Of a DNA stretch of 64,000 nucleotides, positions 31,778 through 40,749 are shown in pieces (the stretch's first letter is position 1; each line of letters begins with the position of its first letter). A program made the translations under genes and the position numbers. The stretch comes from an uncultured Thiotrichales bacterium (lineage in GTDB: Bacteria; Pseudomonadota; Gammaproteobacteria; UWMA-0217), in contig CAZTOZ010000018.1 of NCBI GenBank assembly GCA_964614535.1, positions 15,393 to 79,392 of the forward strand, in the 5' to 3' direction. Under the pieces are notes generated by a model. The model was given only the letters and a program-made list of their open reading frames with translations, ran no database searches and was not told the origin of the DNA.

Positions 31778-32733
31778 TCGCCCAAGCTCCCGGCCGCTTG
31801 CCGATCGGCGTGGTAGGAGGAGCGCACCATCGGCCCGCTGGCCACGTGCCGGAACCCCATGCGGCGGCCCACCTCGGCCAGCCGGTCGAACTCCGCCGGC
31901 AGCACATAGCGGCTCACCGGCAGATGGTGGCGGGTGGGCTGAAGGTATTGGCCCAGCGTCAGCATGTCGCAGTCATGGGCCCGCAGATCGGCCATCACCG
32001 CCTCGACCTCGTCGATCTCCTCGCCAAGCCCCAGCATCAGCCCCGATTTGGTCGGCACCGACGGATGGCGGGCCTTGAATGCCTTGAGCAGTGCCAGCGA
32101 CCAGGCGTAGTCGGCACCGGGGCGAGCCTGTCGGTAGAGCCGCGGCACCGTCTCCAGATTGTGGTTGAAGACGTCGGGGACTGCTTCGTCGAACTGCGCC
32201 AGCGCCACCTCCATCCGGCCGCGGAAATCGGGCACCAGCACCTCGATCCGCGTCGCCGGATTGCGCTGGCGCACCGCCTCGATGCAGGCGGCGAAATGAC
32301 CGGCGCCACCATCGCGCAGGTCGTCCCGGTCCACCGAGGTGATGACGACGTAGCGCAATCCCATCGCCTCGATGGTCTGGGCCAGATGCGCGGGCTCGCC
32401 GGGGTCCAGCGGTTCGGGGCGGCCATGGGAGACGTCACAGAACGGACAGCGGCGGGTGCAGATGTCCCCCATGATCATGAAGGTGGCGGTGCCGTGGCTG
32501 AAGCACTCGTTGAGATTGGGGCAGGTGGCCTCCTCACAGACGGTATGCAGGCGATTGGCCCGCAACGTCCGTTTGAGCGCGTCGACACGGCGGCCCACCG
32601 GCGCCTTGACGCGGATCCACGGCGGCTTGCGCGCCGGTTTGTCGGTCGGCGCGACCTTCACCGGGATGCGCGCCACCTTGTCGGCGCCGCGCTGCCGCGT
32701 CCCCCTGACCACTCTGGTTTTGTTCGCTGTCAT
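31774..32733 (-). CDS. lipA: Lipoyl synthase LipA
   Basis: A radical-SAM cluster CPFCDV and an auxiliary cluster [12 protein letters not shown] are present. The start is taken at MTANKTRVV. Confidence 0.9.
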   Translation of the reverse strand: MTANKTRVVRGTRQRGADKVARIPVKVAPTDKPARKPPWIRVKAPVGRRVDALKRTLRANRLHTVCEEATCPNLNECFSHGTATFMIMGDICTRRCPFCDVSHGRPEPLDPGEPAHLAQTIEAMGLRYVVITSVDRDDLRDGGAGHFAACIEAVRQRNPATRIEVLVPDFRGRMEVALAQFDEAVPDVFNHNLETVPRLYRQARPGADYAWSLALLKAFKARHPSVPTKSGLMLGLGEEIDEVEAVMADLRAHDCDMLTLGQYLQPTRHHLPVSRYVLPAEFDRLAEVGRRMGFRHVASGPMVRSSYHADRQAAGSLGE

Positions 32734-32951
32734 GGAGCGGCATTGTACCCGATCTCCGGCGCTTCGCCGCCCCGGGCGCCGACTACCTACTTTGTGATAT
32801 TGGAACGACACCACCCGTTCGGCTACCATCGGGCGTCAATTTATTCACGTGGCATTCGGAGCCTTGCGGTTGCAAGCCTGTTGAACGGCGGTTCCACGCA
32901 CTTCCGTTTGCCACAGGCTTCTCAACCATCAAAACGCAAAGGTACTGGATT

Positions 32952-33275
32952 ATGTCGCTGCTAGACTCAGTTGAAAGAACAGAAAACGGCTACCTGGTCA
33001 ACGCCGCCGACTGGAACGAAGAGATTGCGGCGGAGCTTTTCGCGGAAGAAGGCATCGAGCCGACCGAGAAACACTGGGACGTGGTGCGCTATGTCCGCGA
33101 GCAGACGCTGGAAGGCAACGAGCCGAACGAGCGCCAGATCCTCAAGGCGATGCAGAAGAAGTGGGGCTACAAGCCGACCACCAAGGAGATGTATGAGCTG
33201 TTCCCGCTGATGCCCTCCAAGCAGGGGCTGAAAATCGGCGGTTGTCCGCAGAGCACGCGCAAGGGCGGCTACTGA
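32952..33275 (+). CDS. TusE/DsrC-family protein with a non-canonical C-terminus
   Basis: 107 aa. The core (EKHWDVVRYVRE ... LFPLMPSKQGLKIGG) aligns to TusE/DsrC. The C-terminus ...KIGGCPQSTRKGGY lacks the penultimate conserved Cys. Confidence 0.7.
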   Translation: MSLLDSVERTENGYLVNAADWNEEIAAELFAEEGIEPTEKHWDVVRYVREQTLEGNEPNERQILKAMQKKWGYKPTTKEMYELFPLMPSKQGLKIGGCPQSTRKGGY

Positions 33276-33359
33276 GCAAAAATCGATTCCGCGATACCCC
33301 ACCGATGGCGCCTCCGGGCGCCATCGCCGTCTTTCCACCGCCCACACCCAATGGCCGGT

Positions 33360-33917
33360 TCACGGCCGAATGTCGTGCTCCAACGCATAACGGAACAGCG
33401 CCACCAGACTCATCGAGTCGGTGATCTCACCGCGCAGCGCCATCGCCAGCGCCGCCTCCAGCGGCAGCTTTCGCACCACGATGTCCTCCGTCTCCTCGAA
33501 CATCGTCTCCCCCTCCTCGAGACCGGTGGCCAGATAGATGAACCCCTCCTCATCGGTCACCGAATTGGAAGTGTGCAAGCGGCACAACAGCTCGATGCGT
33601 TCGGCCGCAAGCCCCGTCTCCTCCTTCAGCTCACGCCGGGCGGTGACCTCCGGCGCCTCCCCTTCGGGTGAGCCACCCTCCGGAATCTCCCACGACCAGG
33701 CATCGAGCGTGTAGCGATGCTGCCCCACCAGCCAGGTGTTGCCGAACTCATCGAGCGGAAGAATGCCCACGGCCTGGTTACGGAAACACACCTTGCCGTA
33801 GGTACAGGGGCTGCCGGCGGGATTGATGGCGTCGTGCTCCTCCAGCCGCAGCCAGGGGTTTTCGTATATGGTGCGGGTGCCCAGCGTTTGCCAGGGATTG
33901 GTGCGCTTCTCGTTCAT
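33360..33917 (-). CDS. NUDIX hydrolase (ADP-ribose pyrophosphatase-like)
   Basis: The Nudix box (EGGSPEGEAPEVTARRELKEETG) is present. The start is taken at MNEKRT. Confidence 0.8.
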   Translation of the reverse strand: MNEKRTNPWQTLGTRTIYENPWLRLEEHDAINPAGSPCTYGKVCFRNQAVGILPLDEFGNTWLVGQHRYTLDAWSWEIPEGGSPEGEAPEVTARRELKEETGLAAERIELLCRLHTSNSVTDEEGFIYLATGLEEGETMFEETEDIVVRKLPLEAALAMALRGEITDSMSLVALFRYALEHDIRP

Positions 33918-34289
33918 GCAACTGATCTTCCGATGCTCCGGCCGGCCATTGTAGCGGGAAGGGGCACGGGGAGGACAGCAGACGCGGCTGCGGTCGCACA
34001 AGCACAGCAACGCCCCCGAAAGCGATCACGAAAAACGTAAAAAGGTCCCCTGCCTGACGACAGGGGACAAGTCTCAACAACCAACGCCTGAGAATCTCTT
34101 TGCCACCCCGTTGGCATGGGTGGAAAATGCCATTTCATTCACTGCCCCGGTTCTTGCCGGACCTCTCCGCTTCCGGGCGAGTTATGCCTGCAGCACCACG
34201 GGCCTCCCTGCCCTCGAACCTGCCCCCGGTTGATATTCAACCCTGCATGGCGGTATGCCTTTGTCCCGGGTTCTTGGGAAATATTCGGG

Positions 34290-34913
34290 CTAGAACTGCG
34301 TGCCGAAGAGCTGCGTCCAGTAGTGGTGGTACTCGGCCTCGGTAAAGAAGGTCGAGGCGGCACCGAACTCCTCGTATTTTTCCCCCATGATATTGCGGCA
34401 GTGCCCCGGGCTGTCCAGCAGCGCCTCCATCGCCTCTTTCGGTTCGATGAAACCCGCCGCCAGGTTCTCACCATAGGTCGACCAGTTGTAGCCGACCCGG
34501 TCGAGCCGTGAACCCGCTTTCAAGCCATCGGAACCTTCGTGGGCGAAAAAATTGTTGGAGACCATGTCCGCGTTGTGGATCTCACCGGCCTTGACCAAGG
34601 TGCAGTTCCAGGTCAGCGGCGCCACCGGCGGGTAGTATTTGTCCCCGCAATAGCGCCCCTCGGCACGGGCGGCATTCACCAGCTCCAGCATCTCGCGCTG
34701 CAGCTCCGAGACGTCGCACTTGGCGGTTTCCAGTGAACGGGAAATGATATTGAGCTCGGCCTCGCTGATCGGGCGCGCCTTTCCGTTGGACTCGACCGCA
34801 TTGTCCACCCCGCCCTGAGCACCCTGATCGGAGGCTTCGGGGACACATGCCGCATTGAGAAGGGAGAGACCACAAAAGAGACCGACAGCACCGATTTTTT
34901 TTATTGTTTTCAT
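34290..34913 (-). CDS. CAP/SCP (PR-1-like) domain lipoprotein
   Basis: A lipoprotein signal ending LLNAAC is present. A CAP-domain region follows (ELVNAARAEGRYCG ... FFAHEG ... GENLAAG ... LLDSPGHCRNIM). Confidence 0.65.
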   Translation of the reverse strand: MKTIKKIGAVGLFCGLSLLNAACVPEASDQGAQGGVDNAVESNGKARPISEAELNIISRSLETAKCDVSELQREMLELVNAARAEGRYCGDKYYPPVAPLTWNCTLVKAGEIHNADMVSNNFFAHEGSDGLKAGSRLDRVGYNWSTYGENLAAGFIEPKEAMEALLDSPGHCRNIMGEKYEEFGAASTFFTEAEYHHYWTQLFGTQF

Positions 34914-35538
34914 GACTCAGCCTGATGATTGTTATTGTTGTTGGCGTTTTATTATTGTTTTTTCGCACCGTGGTGGCTGTTCGCCCCCGGTACTTGCTGC
35001 GCATTGTGAAATCGCCGGCAACGAAAGGCCAGAGGCGGCAACGATTTGCCGGACGAGAGCGGCCGAAATTGCCATCAGCGGATCATTTTCCGGCCGGCGA
35101 CGAAATGGATGAGAACGCTGCACGGCGACGGGGCGGCAATCTCTTGCCGGGCGGCAAAGTCGGCTGCCGGACAAGCGAAGAGTCACCGCCGCTGCCGTCG
35201 ACCACCCTGAATGCCTGGTACGGGGGATTCCAGCCTGAATGGTTCATGAGAGGGCAGGATATCGGGCGAATCTCGGCGCGGCCGTCTGTTCGGCACCCAG
35301 AAAAACATGGGCGTCGCACCGGTTACAGGTGAATCGGGCAAAATGGCCGTAGAGATTCCCCCAATCACCGAACACCGATGCCGGTGACACTTCGTGCCTT
35401 GGGAATATTCCGGCATTTCTCATGAAATCATGGCGTTACACCATTTTTCCAGCGCTCTTGTGAAATGTCCGGGCTAGGCGCTACACTTGCCCCTCCCGCG
35501 GCAGCAGTGTCACGCGCCCTGTCAACCCCGTAAAACCC

Positions 35539-36903
35539 ATGCCCGACGGCTTCGACCCCAACGACATCGACCGCTTCGTCTTCGATGGCTTTCAGTTCGA
35601 CGAGACGCGCTTCACAGCCTCGTTGCGCTACCGCTTCGACGACTGCCACCATTTCGAGGAACGGCTCGACTTCCCCCCCCCGGCCACACCGCTGAACCCA
35701 CCCCGTCGGGCGGCGCTGCACCACGCGCTGCGGCTGCTACACCTGTTCGCCGGCATCAGCTACTACAAGGCGGCCATTCCCCGACGGATCGTCGTCGCCG
35801 GCGATCCGCTGGACCGCGACACCGCATCGCTGGTGGAGACCCTCTACCGTCATGGCCTGGGCGAATTCGCCTATCGCAACGGCATCCGCCTGCACGACCG
35901 GATTCATTTCCCGAACGATCCCGATACCGTGGCGGCCAGCGCCATTGCCCTGTGCCCCGGCCAGGGGCCGCTGGTGCCAGTCGGCGGAGGCAAGGATTCA
36001 GTGGTGTCGATCGAGACACTCAGGCGGGGCGACGAACCGGTCACGCTGTTCTCCGTCGGGCGCGCCGAGCCGATCCGGGCAACGGTGGCTGCCGCCGGGC
36101 TGCCCTGGCTCAGCGTACGGCGTCAACTCTCGCCGGCGCTGTTCGAGCTGAACCGCCAAGGGGCATTCAACGGCCATGTACCGGTCACCGCCATCGTGTC
36201 GATGATCGCCATCTGCACCGCGATCCTCCATGGCCATGACGCCGTCGTTCTCTCCAACGAACGCTCCGCCAGCGACGGCAACCTGACGCTGGACGACGGC
36301 TTCGTCGTCAACCATCAGTACAGCAAGGGGCTGGCATTCGAAAAAGCGTTGTCGAGCCATCTCAGGCAGCATGTCGCCACCGATCTCGACTATTTTTCGC
36401 TGTTGCGGCCATGGTCGGAGCTGGCCATTGCCCGGCAGTTTTCACGGCACCGCCAATATCACCCGGTGTTTACCAGTTGTAACGCCAACTTCCGAATCGA
36501 TCCGACGGCGCCACCACGGCGCTGGTGCCTGGACTGCCCGAAATGCCGCTTCGTCTTTCTGGTGCTGGCGCCCTTCGTCGAAAAAGAAAAAATGGTGGAA
36601 ATCTTCGGCGCCAACCTGCTCGCCGACGACGATCAGCGCGACGGTTTTTCCGCGCTGCTGGGCGTGGCCGCTCACAAACCGTTCGAGTGTGTCGGCGAGG
36701 AGGCGGAGTCGGCCGCGGCACTGATACTGCTGAGCCGACAGCCCAAGTGGCGTGACGACGCCATCGTCGCCTGGTTCCGTCGGGAGATCCTGCCCACCAT
36801 CGACGATCCGGATTCGCTGCCGGAACGCTATCTCAGCGCCGCCACGACATCCAATCTGCCGGAAAAATATCGGGAGCTGGCCCATGCGGCTTTCGGCGCT
36901 TGA
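35539..36903 (+). CDS. murL: PP-loop ATPase-like protein, candidate UDP-MurNAc-L-Ala-L-Glu epimerase (MurL-like)
   Basis: 454 aa. A PP-loop-like motif (VPVGGGKDSVV) and a Cys cluster (CLDCPKCRF) are present. The 3' end overlaps the downstream MurD-family ligase gene by 20 nt. Confidence 0.5.
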   Translation: MPDGFDPNDIDRFVFDGFQFDETRFTASLRYRFDDCHHFEERLDFPPPATPLNPPRRAALHHALRLLHLFAGISYYKAAIPRRIVVAGDPLDRDTASLVETLYRHGLGEFAYRNGIRLHDRIHFPNDPDTVAASAIALCPGQGPLVPVGGGKDSVVSIETLRRGDEPVTLFSVGRAEPIRATVAAAGLPWLSVRRQLSPALFELNRQGAFNGHVPVTAIVSMIAICTAILHGHDAVVLSNERSASDGNLTLDDGFVVNHQYSKGLAFEKALSSHLRQHVATDLDYFSLLRPWSELAIARQFSRHRQYHPVFTSCNANFRIDPTAPPRRWCLDCPKCRFVFLVLAPFVEKEKMVEIFGANLLADDDQRDGFSALLGVAAHKPFECVGEEAESAAALILLSRQPKWRDDAIVAWFRREILPTIDDPDSLPERYLSAATTSNLPEKYRELAHAAFGA

Positions 36904-38254
36904 GAATCGCCACGTCGCCATCCTCGGCTTCGGCGCCGAGGGCCAGGCCGCCTACCGGCTGCTGAAAAGCCGGTTGAAACGCTGCAACGTCACCATCATC
37001 GAGGAGAACAGCGACCACGCGGCGGCACAGCGCTTCCCGGCCGACCCGGCAACCACCCTGCTCACCGGGCCGCTGCACGGCCATGACCTGACCCGGTTCG
37101 ACGTCGTCATCAAATCCCCGGGCATCTCCCCCTACCGGCCAGAGATACGGCGGGCGATGGCGCAAGGCACTCACTTCACCTCGGGCACGCAGCTCTGGTG
37201 CGACGAACACCCCCAGGCGCGCCTGATCGTCGTCACCGGCACCAAGGGCAAGAGCACGACCGCATCGTTGATCGCCCATCTGCTCAACGGGGCGGGGCGA
37301 CGCACCGAATTGATCGGCAACATCGGCAAACCGGCGCTGGAGGCCTGGTCTCCCGACCCCAAACCGGAATTCTGGGTCATGGAACTCTCCAGCTACCAGG
37401 CCACCGGACTCCGGTGCCACGCCGAAGTGGCATTACTGCTCAATCTCTATCCTGAACACACCGACTGGCACGGCAGCACCGAACGCTACTACCGCGACAA
37501 GACCCAATTCATGCTGGCGCCCGGCGTCCGTACCATCATCCTAGAGCACGACGGACAAAACCTCCCGCGACCGATCGCCGGTAGCCACAAGCGCGTTCAC
37601 TACAACGATCCGAACGGCATCCACGTGAGAGAGGACGGCATCTACCTCGGCCAAAGACGAGTCGTCGATGCCACCGGGCTCCCGCTGCCCGGCGCACACA
37701 ACCTGCTGAACGGCTGCGCCGCGTTGACGGTCATCGACCGGCTGGGCATCGACATCGAAACCGTACTGCCGACAATGAAGGATTTTCGCGGCCTGGCCCA
37801 TCGCCTCGCATCACTCGGCTTTCGCAACGGCGTGGAATACATCGACGACAGCATTTCCACCACGCCCCAGTCGGCGTTGGCCGCACTGAAGAGCTTTCCC
37901 GACCGCCCCTGCACCCTGCTGCTGGGCGGTTACGACCGCGACCTGGACTGGCACGACTTTGCCCGCGCCAGCCGTAATACCACCCTCCATCGGGTCGTCA
38001 CCCTGCCCGAAAACGGTGAACGCATCGCCGCTGCCCTGGCGAAGGAACACCCAACCCTGCCCGTCATCAAGGCAGACGGCATGGCCGATGCCGTGGCCCA
38101 CGCCGCGAGAGCAACCCCGCCCGGCGGCACGATCATTCTCTCGCCGGGCGCGCCGAGCTATGGAAACTACCGGGATTTTCGCGAGCGCGGAAAGGACTTT
38201 GCCCGCTGCGCCGGTTTATGGGAAAACGAAGATCGAGCGCCCGCCAAGGAGTGA
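36884..38254 (+). CDS. murD2: Mur ligase, MurD family; candidate UDP-MurNAc-L-Ala:L-Glu ligase MurD2
   Basis: The N-terminal Rossmann sequence is VAILGFGAEGQAAY. The ATP-binding P-loop is VVTGTKGKSTT, and a C-terminal Mur ligase domain is present. The gene lies outside any division/cell-wall cluster context and is translationally coupled to the upstream PP-loop gene. Confidence 0.6.
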   Translation: MRLSALENRHVAILGFGAEGQAAYRLLKSRLKRCNVTIIEENSDHAAAQRFPADPATTLLTGPLHGHDLTRFDVVIKSPGISPYRPEIRRAMAQGTHFTSGTQLWCDEHPQARLIVVTGTKGKSTTASLIAHLLNGAGRRTELIGNIGKPALEAWSPDPKPEFWVMELSSYQATGLRCHAEVALLLNLYPEHTDWHGSTERYYRDKTQFMLAPGVRTIILEHDGQNLPRPIAGSHKRVHYNDPNGIHVREDGIYLGQRRVVDATGLPLPGAHNLLNGCAALTVIDRLGIDIETVLPTMKDFRGLAHRLASLGFRNGVEYIDDSISTTPQSALAALKSFPDRPCTLLLGGYDRDLDWHDFARASRNTTLHRVVTLPENGERIAAALAKEHPTLPVIKADGMADAVAHAARATPPGGTIILSPGAPSYGNYRDFRERGKDFARCAGLWENEDRAPAKE

Positions 38255-38334
38255 AGAATAGAGGGCGGGCAGAGCCCCCTGCGAATACCGCCACGCGTCA
38301 CCAGGGAAAAATCGGAGCGACGAAGGAGAGGCGT

Positions 38335-38865
38335 TTATGGACGCCCCAATCCGTGCGACTGCCTTGTCCTAGCCCGATCATCCATCACGACCTTCATGTG
38401 GACAAGCGCCACCCTTTTTCCTTTTGGAGAAATCCTTTCCTCGACTTCATACGGCATAAACCCCAAAGCAGAGTACAGCATCAATGCCGGAGTATTCTCA
38501 TTGAATACCGAAATACGCACCTCTTCCAGTTGATGAACCTCTCCAGCCCTCTGCAGCATATAAAGGACAAGATTTCTTCCGATGCCTTTTCCCCGATGCC
38601 CCTTTGCCACGATGACATTCCCTATATAGGCGGATTGGCCCGGCAGATAGTTGTAGAAATCGGCAAACCCTATGATCTTTCCCTTTTCGACAACCACCGT
38701 CAGATCCGCCCTCTCTTTCGAGAGCTTCATCATCTGCTCCACGGTAAGCGGAAATCGGCCACCCGGCCAGACCCAGAACAACTCATCTTCATTTTCCACC
38801 AAGCCACAGATTTCTGAAAAATCATTGATTGTGGCGGCTCTATACTCACACATCGGCAAGTCCAT
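38335..38865 (-). CDS. GNAT family N-acetyltransferase (low-GC, likely horizontally acquired)
   Basis: Acetyl-CoA binding motifs VAKGHRGKGIG and YSALGF are present. GC is roughly 50%, against roughly 67% in the flanks. The start is taken at MDLPM..., since the track's N-terminal extension lies in high-GC DNA. Confidence 0.7.
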   Translation of the reverse strand: MDLPMCEYRAATINDFSEICGLVENEDELFWVWPGGRFPLTVEQMMKLSKERADLTVVVEKGKIIGFADFYNYLPGQSAYIGNVIVAKGHRGKGIGRNLVLYMLQRAGEVHQLEEVRISVFNENTPALMLYSALGFMPYEVEERISPKGKRVALVHMKVVMDDRARTRQSHGLGRP

Positions 38866-39052
38866 ATTGAGATCGAACGATTGGCACGGCCGGATAGCAA
38901 TCAGGCGTGGCCGAATCGCCAGTCCAGGAGACACCGTTGTCGAATGTTTCCCACCCTCCACATTCCGATGCCCGGCGGGTTCGATTGGCTGGATTTCCTG
39001 GGGGCACGAGGTGCATCGATGTCGGCCTCGGCAGGCCAACGGCCGTTGGTCG

Positions 39053-39802
39053 TCATTTGGTGGGGTTGCATACCGGGCAGGCCGGATCTTTCGGCAGCCC
39101 GATCACCCGCCACTCCATGTTGAGTACGTCCATCAGCAGCAGTTTGCCGGTGAGTGTCGGCAGCCCCAGCAGGAGCTTGAGCACTTCGCAGGCCTGAATA
39201 CTGCCGATGATGCCTGGCGCCGGGGCGAGCACGCCGATGCGCGAGCAGGTTTCTCCCTCCCCCTCGGCCACCGGTTTGTAGAGGCACTGGTAGCAGGGTG
39301 ACGTCGCATCGCGACTGTCGAAGACGCTGACCTGCCCCTCGAACTGGATGACGCCACCGGAGACCAGTGGGGTACGGTGGGCGACGCAGGCGCGATTGAG
39401 TTCGAACCGGGTGGAGAAGTTGTCGCTGCAATCGACGACGACGTCGGCGGCGGCCACCTCTGTGCCGAGCTCCTCCCCTTCCAGCGCCCGCGCCAGTGCC
39501 GTCACCTCTACGTCGGGGTTGAGACGGGCGATCGACTCGGCGGCGGAGGTGACCTTGAATTTGCCGATGTCGGCGGTGTCGTGGATGACTTGGCGCTGCA
39601 GATTGGAGAGATCGACGACATCGAAGTCACTGAGCACCAACCGACCGATGCCGGCAGCCGCGAGATACTGCGCCACCGGCGCGCCAAGCCCGCCCATGCC
39701 GATGACGAGCACGCGCGCGGCAAGCAATTTCTCCTGCCCGGCCTCGCCGATATTGTCGAGCAGCATCTGTCGGCTGTAGCGTTCCCGCTGACCCGGATTC
39801 AT
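39053..39802 (-). CDS. moeB: ThiF/MoeB-family E1-like adenylyltransferase (molybdopterin-synthase adenylyltransferase MoeB-like)
   Basis: A nucleotide-binding motif [23 protein letters not shown] is present, with two CxxC pairs (CYQC, CPVC). 249 aa. Confidence 0.75.
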   Translation of the reverse strand: MNPGQRERYSRQMLLDNIGEAGQEKLLAARVLVIGMGGLGAPVAQYLAAAGIGRLVLSDFDVVDLSNLQRQVIHDTADIGKFKVTSAAESIARLNPDVEVTALARALEGEELGTEVAAADVVVDCSDNFSTRFELNRACVAHRTPLVSGGVIQFEGQVSVFDSRDATSPCYQCLYKPVAEGEGETCSRIGVLAPAPGIIGSIQACEVLKLLLGLPTLTGKLLLMDVLNMEWRVIGLPKDPACPVCNPTK

Positions 39803-40749
39803 GCCAGCACCCTCGCCGCCGCCAGTGCCGCCCGCAACGAGCCGCTCTCGGCCCGACCGCTACCGGCCAGCGCCAGCGCGGTACCGTGATCCACCGAGGT
39901 GCGCACGATCGGCAGCCCCAGGGTCACATTGACGGCTCGGCCGAACCCGGCGTGCTTGAGCACCGGCAATCCCTGATCGTGATACATCGCCAACACCGCA
40001 TCGGCGCCGTCGAGCAGACGCGGCGTGAACAGCGTGTCGGCCGGCAGCGGGCCGACCAGATCCATGCCCTGGCGGCGCAGCGATTCGAGTACCGGCGTGA
40101 TGATCTCGATCTCCTCGCGGCCGAGGTGGCCATCCTCTCCGGCGTGGGGATTGAGCCCGCAGACGAGGATACGCGGCGCATCGATGCGAAAGCGGCTCTG
40201 CAGGTCGTGATGGAGAATGGTCAGAACGGTGATGAGCCGTTCGGCGGTGATGGCGTCGGCCACGGCGCGCAACGGCAGATGGGTGGTGGCCAGGGCGACG
40301 CGGAAGCTGTCCGCCATCAGCATCATCACCGGATGGCCCTCGCCGCAGCGATCGGCCAGATACTCGGTGTGTCCGGTGAAGGCGACCCCCGCTTCGTTGA
40401 TGATGCCCTTGTGTACCGGCGCGGTCACCAGCGCGGAGAACTCACCACCGAGACAGCCCTCGACGGCCCGGTCGAGGGTGTCGAGCACATAGCGGGCATT
40501 GCCGGCATCGAGCCGCCCCGGGGTGACCGCCACCGGCAACGTCACCGGCAGCACCGTCAACGCACCGGGGCGACGCTCCCCATACTCGACGATCGCCACA
40601 TGCCGGCCGAGCTGGGCGGCGCGCTGCGCCAACAACCGCGGGTCGGCGATGACGACGACATCGTCCAGCGCCGGATCACCGGCCAGCCGCACCACCAGAT
40701 CGGGGCCGATGCCAGCGGGCTCGCCCGGCGTCAGCGCAACGGGTTTCAA
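39799..40749 (-). CDS. pdxA: 4-hydroxythreonine-4-phosphate dehydrogenase PdxA
   Basis: The sequence [11 protein letters not shown]...HTEYLA...MYHDQG matches PdxA. Located downstream of surA, as in the conserved lptD-surA-pdxA operon. Confidence 0.9.
   Translation of the reverse strand: MKPVALTPGEPAGIGPDLVVRLAGDPALDDVVVIADPRLLAQRAAQLGRHVAIVEYGERRPGALTVLPVTLPVAVTPGRLDAGNARYVLDTLDRAVEGCLGGEFSALVTAPVHKGIINEAGVAFTGHTEYLADRCGEGHPVMMLMADSFRVALATTHLPLRAVADAITAERLITVLTILHHDLQSRFRIDAPRILVCGLNPHAGEDGHLGREEIEIITPVLESLRRQGMDLVGPLPADTLFTPRLLDGADAVLAMYHDQGLPVLKHAGFGRAVNVTLGLPIVRTSVDHGTALALAGSGRAESGSLRAALAAARVLA

Noticed and set aside
32860-32900. Possible sigma-54 -24/-12 promoter (TGGCAT...TTGCA) upstream of the TusE/DsrC-like gene
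   Set aside because: The spacing between the GG and GC elements does not fit the 10-nt rule in any register.
38866-39039. N-terminal 58-aa extension of the GNAT ORF, or a possible upstream antitoxin
   Set aside because: The extension lies in high-GC DNA, unlike the GNAT body, and is Arg/Cys-rich nonsense. There is too little space for a DUF1778/RHH-type antitoxin.
26016-39800. Genomic island integrated at tRNA-Leu
   Set aside because: No integrase, transposase or direct repeat of the tRNA 3' end was seen. Most genes (sbcCD, lipA, pdxA context) are core housekeeping. Only the GNAT shows foreign composition.
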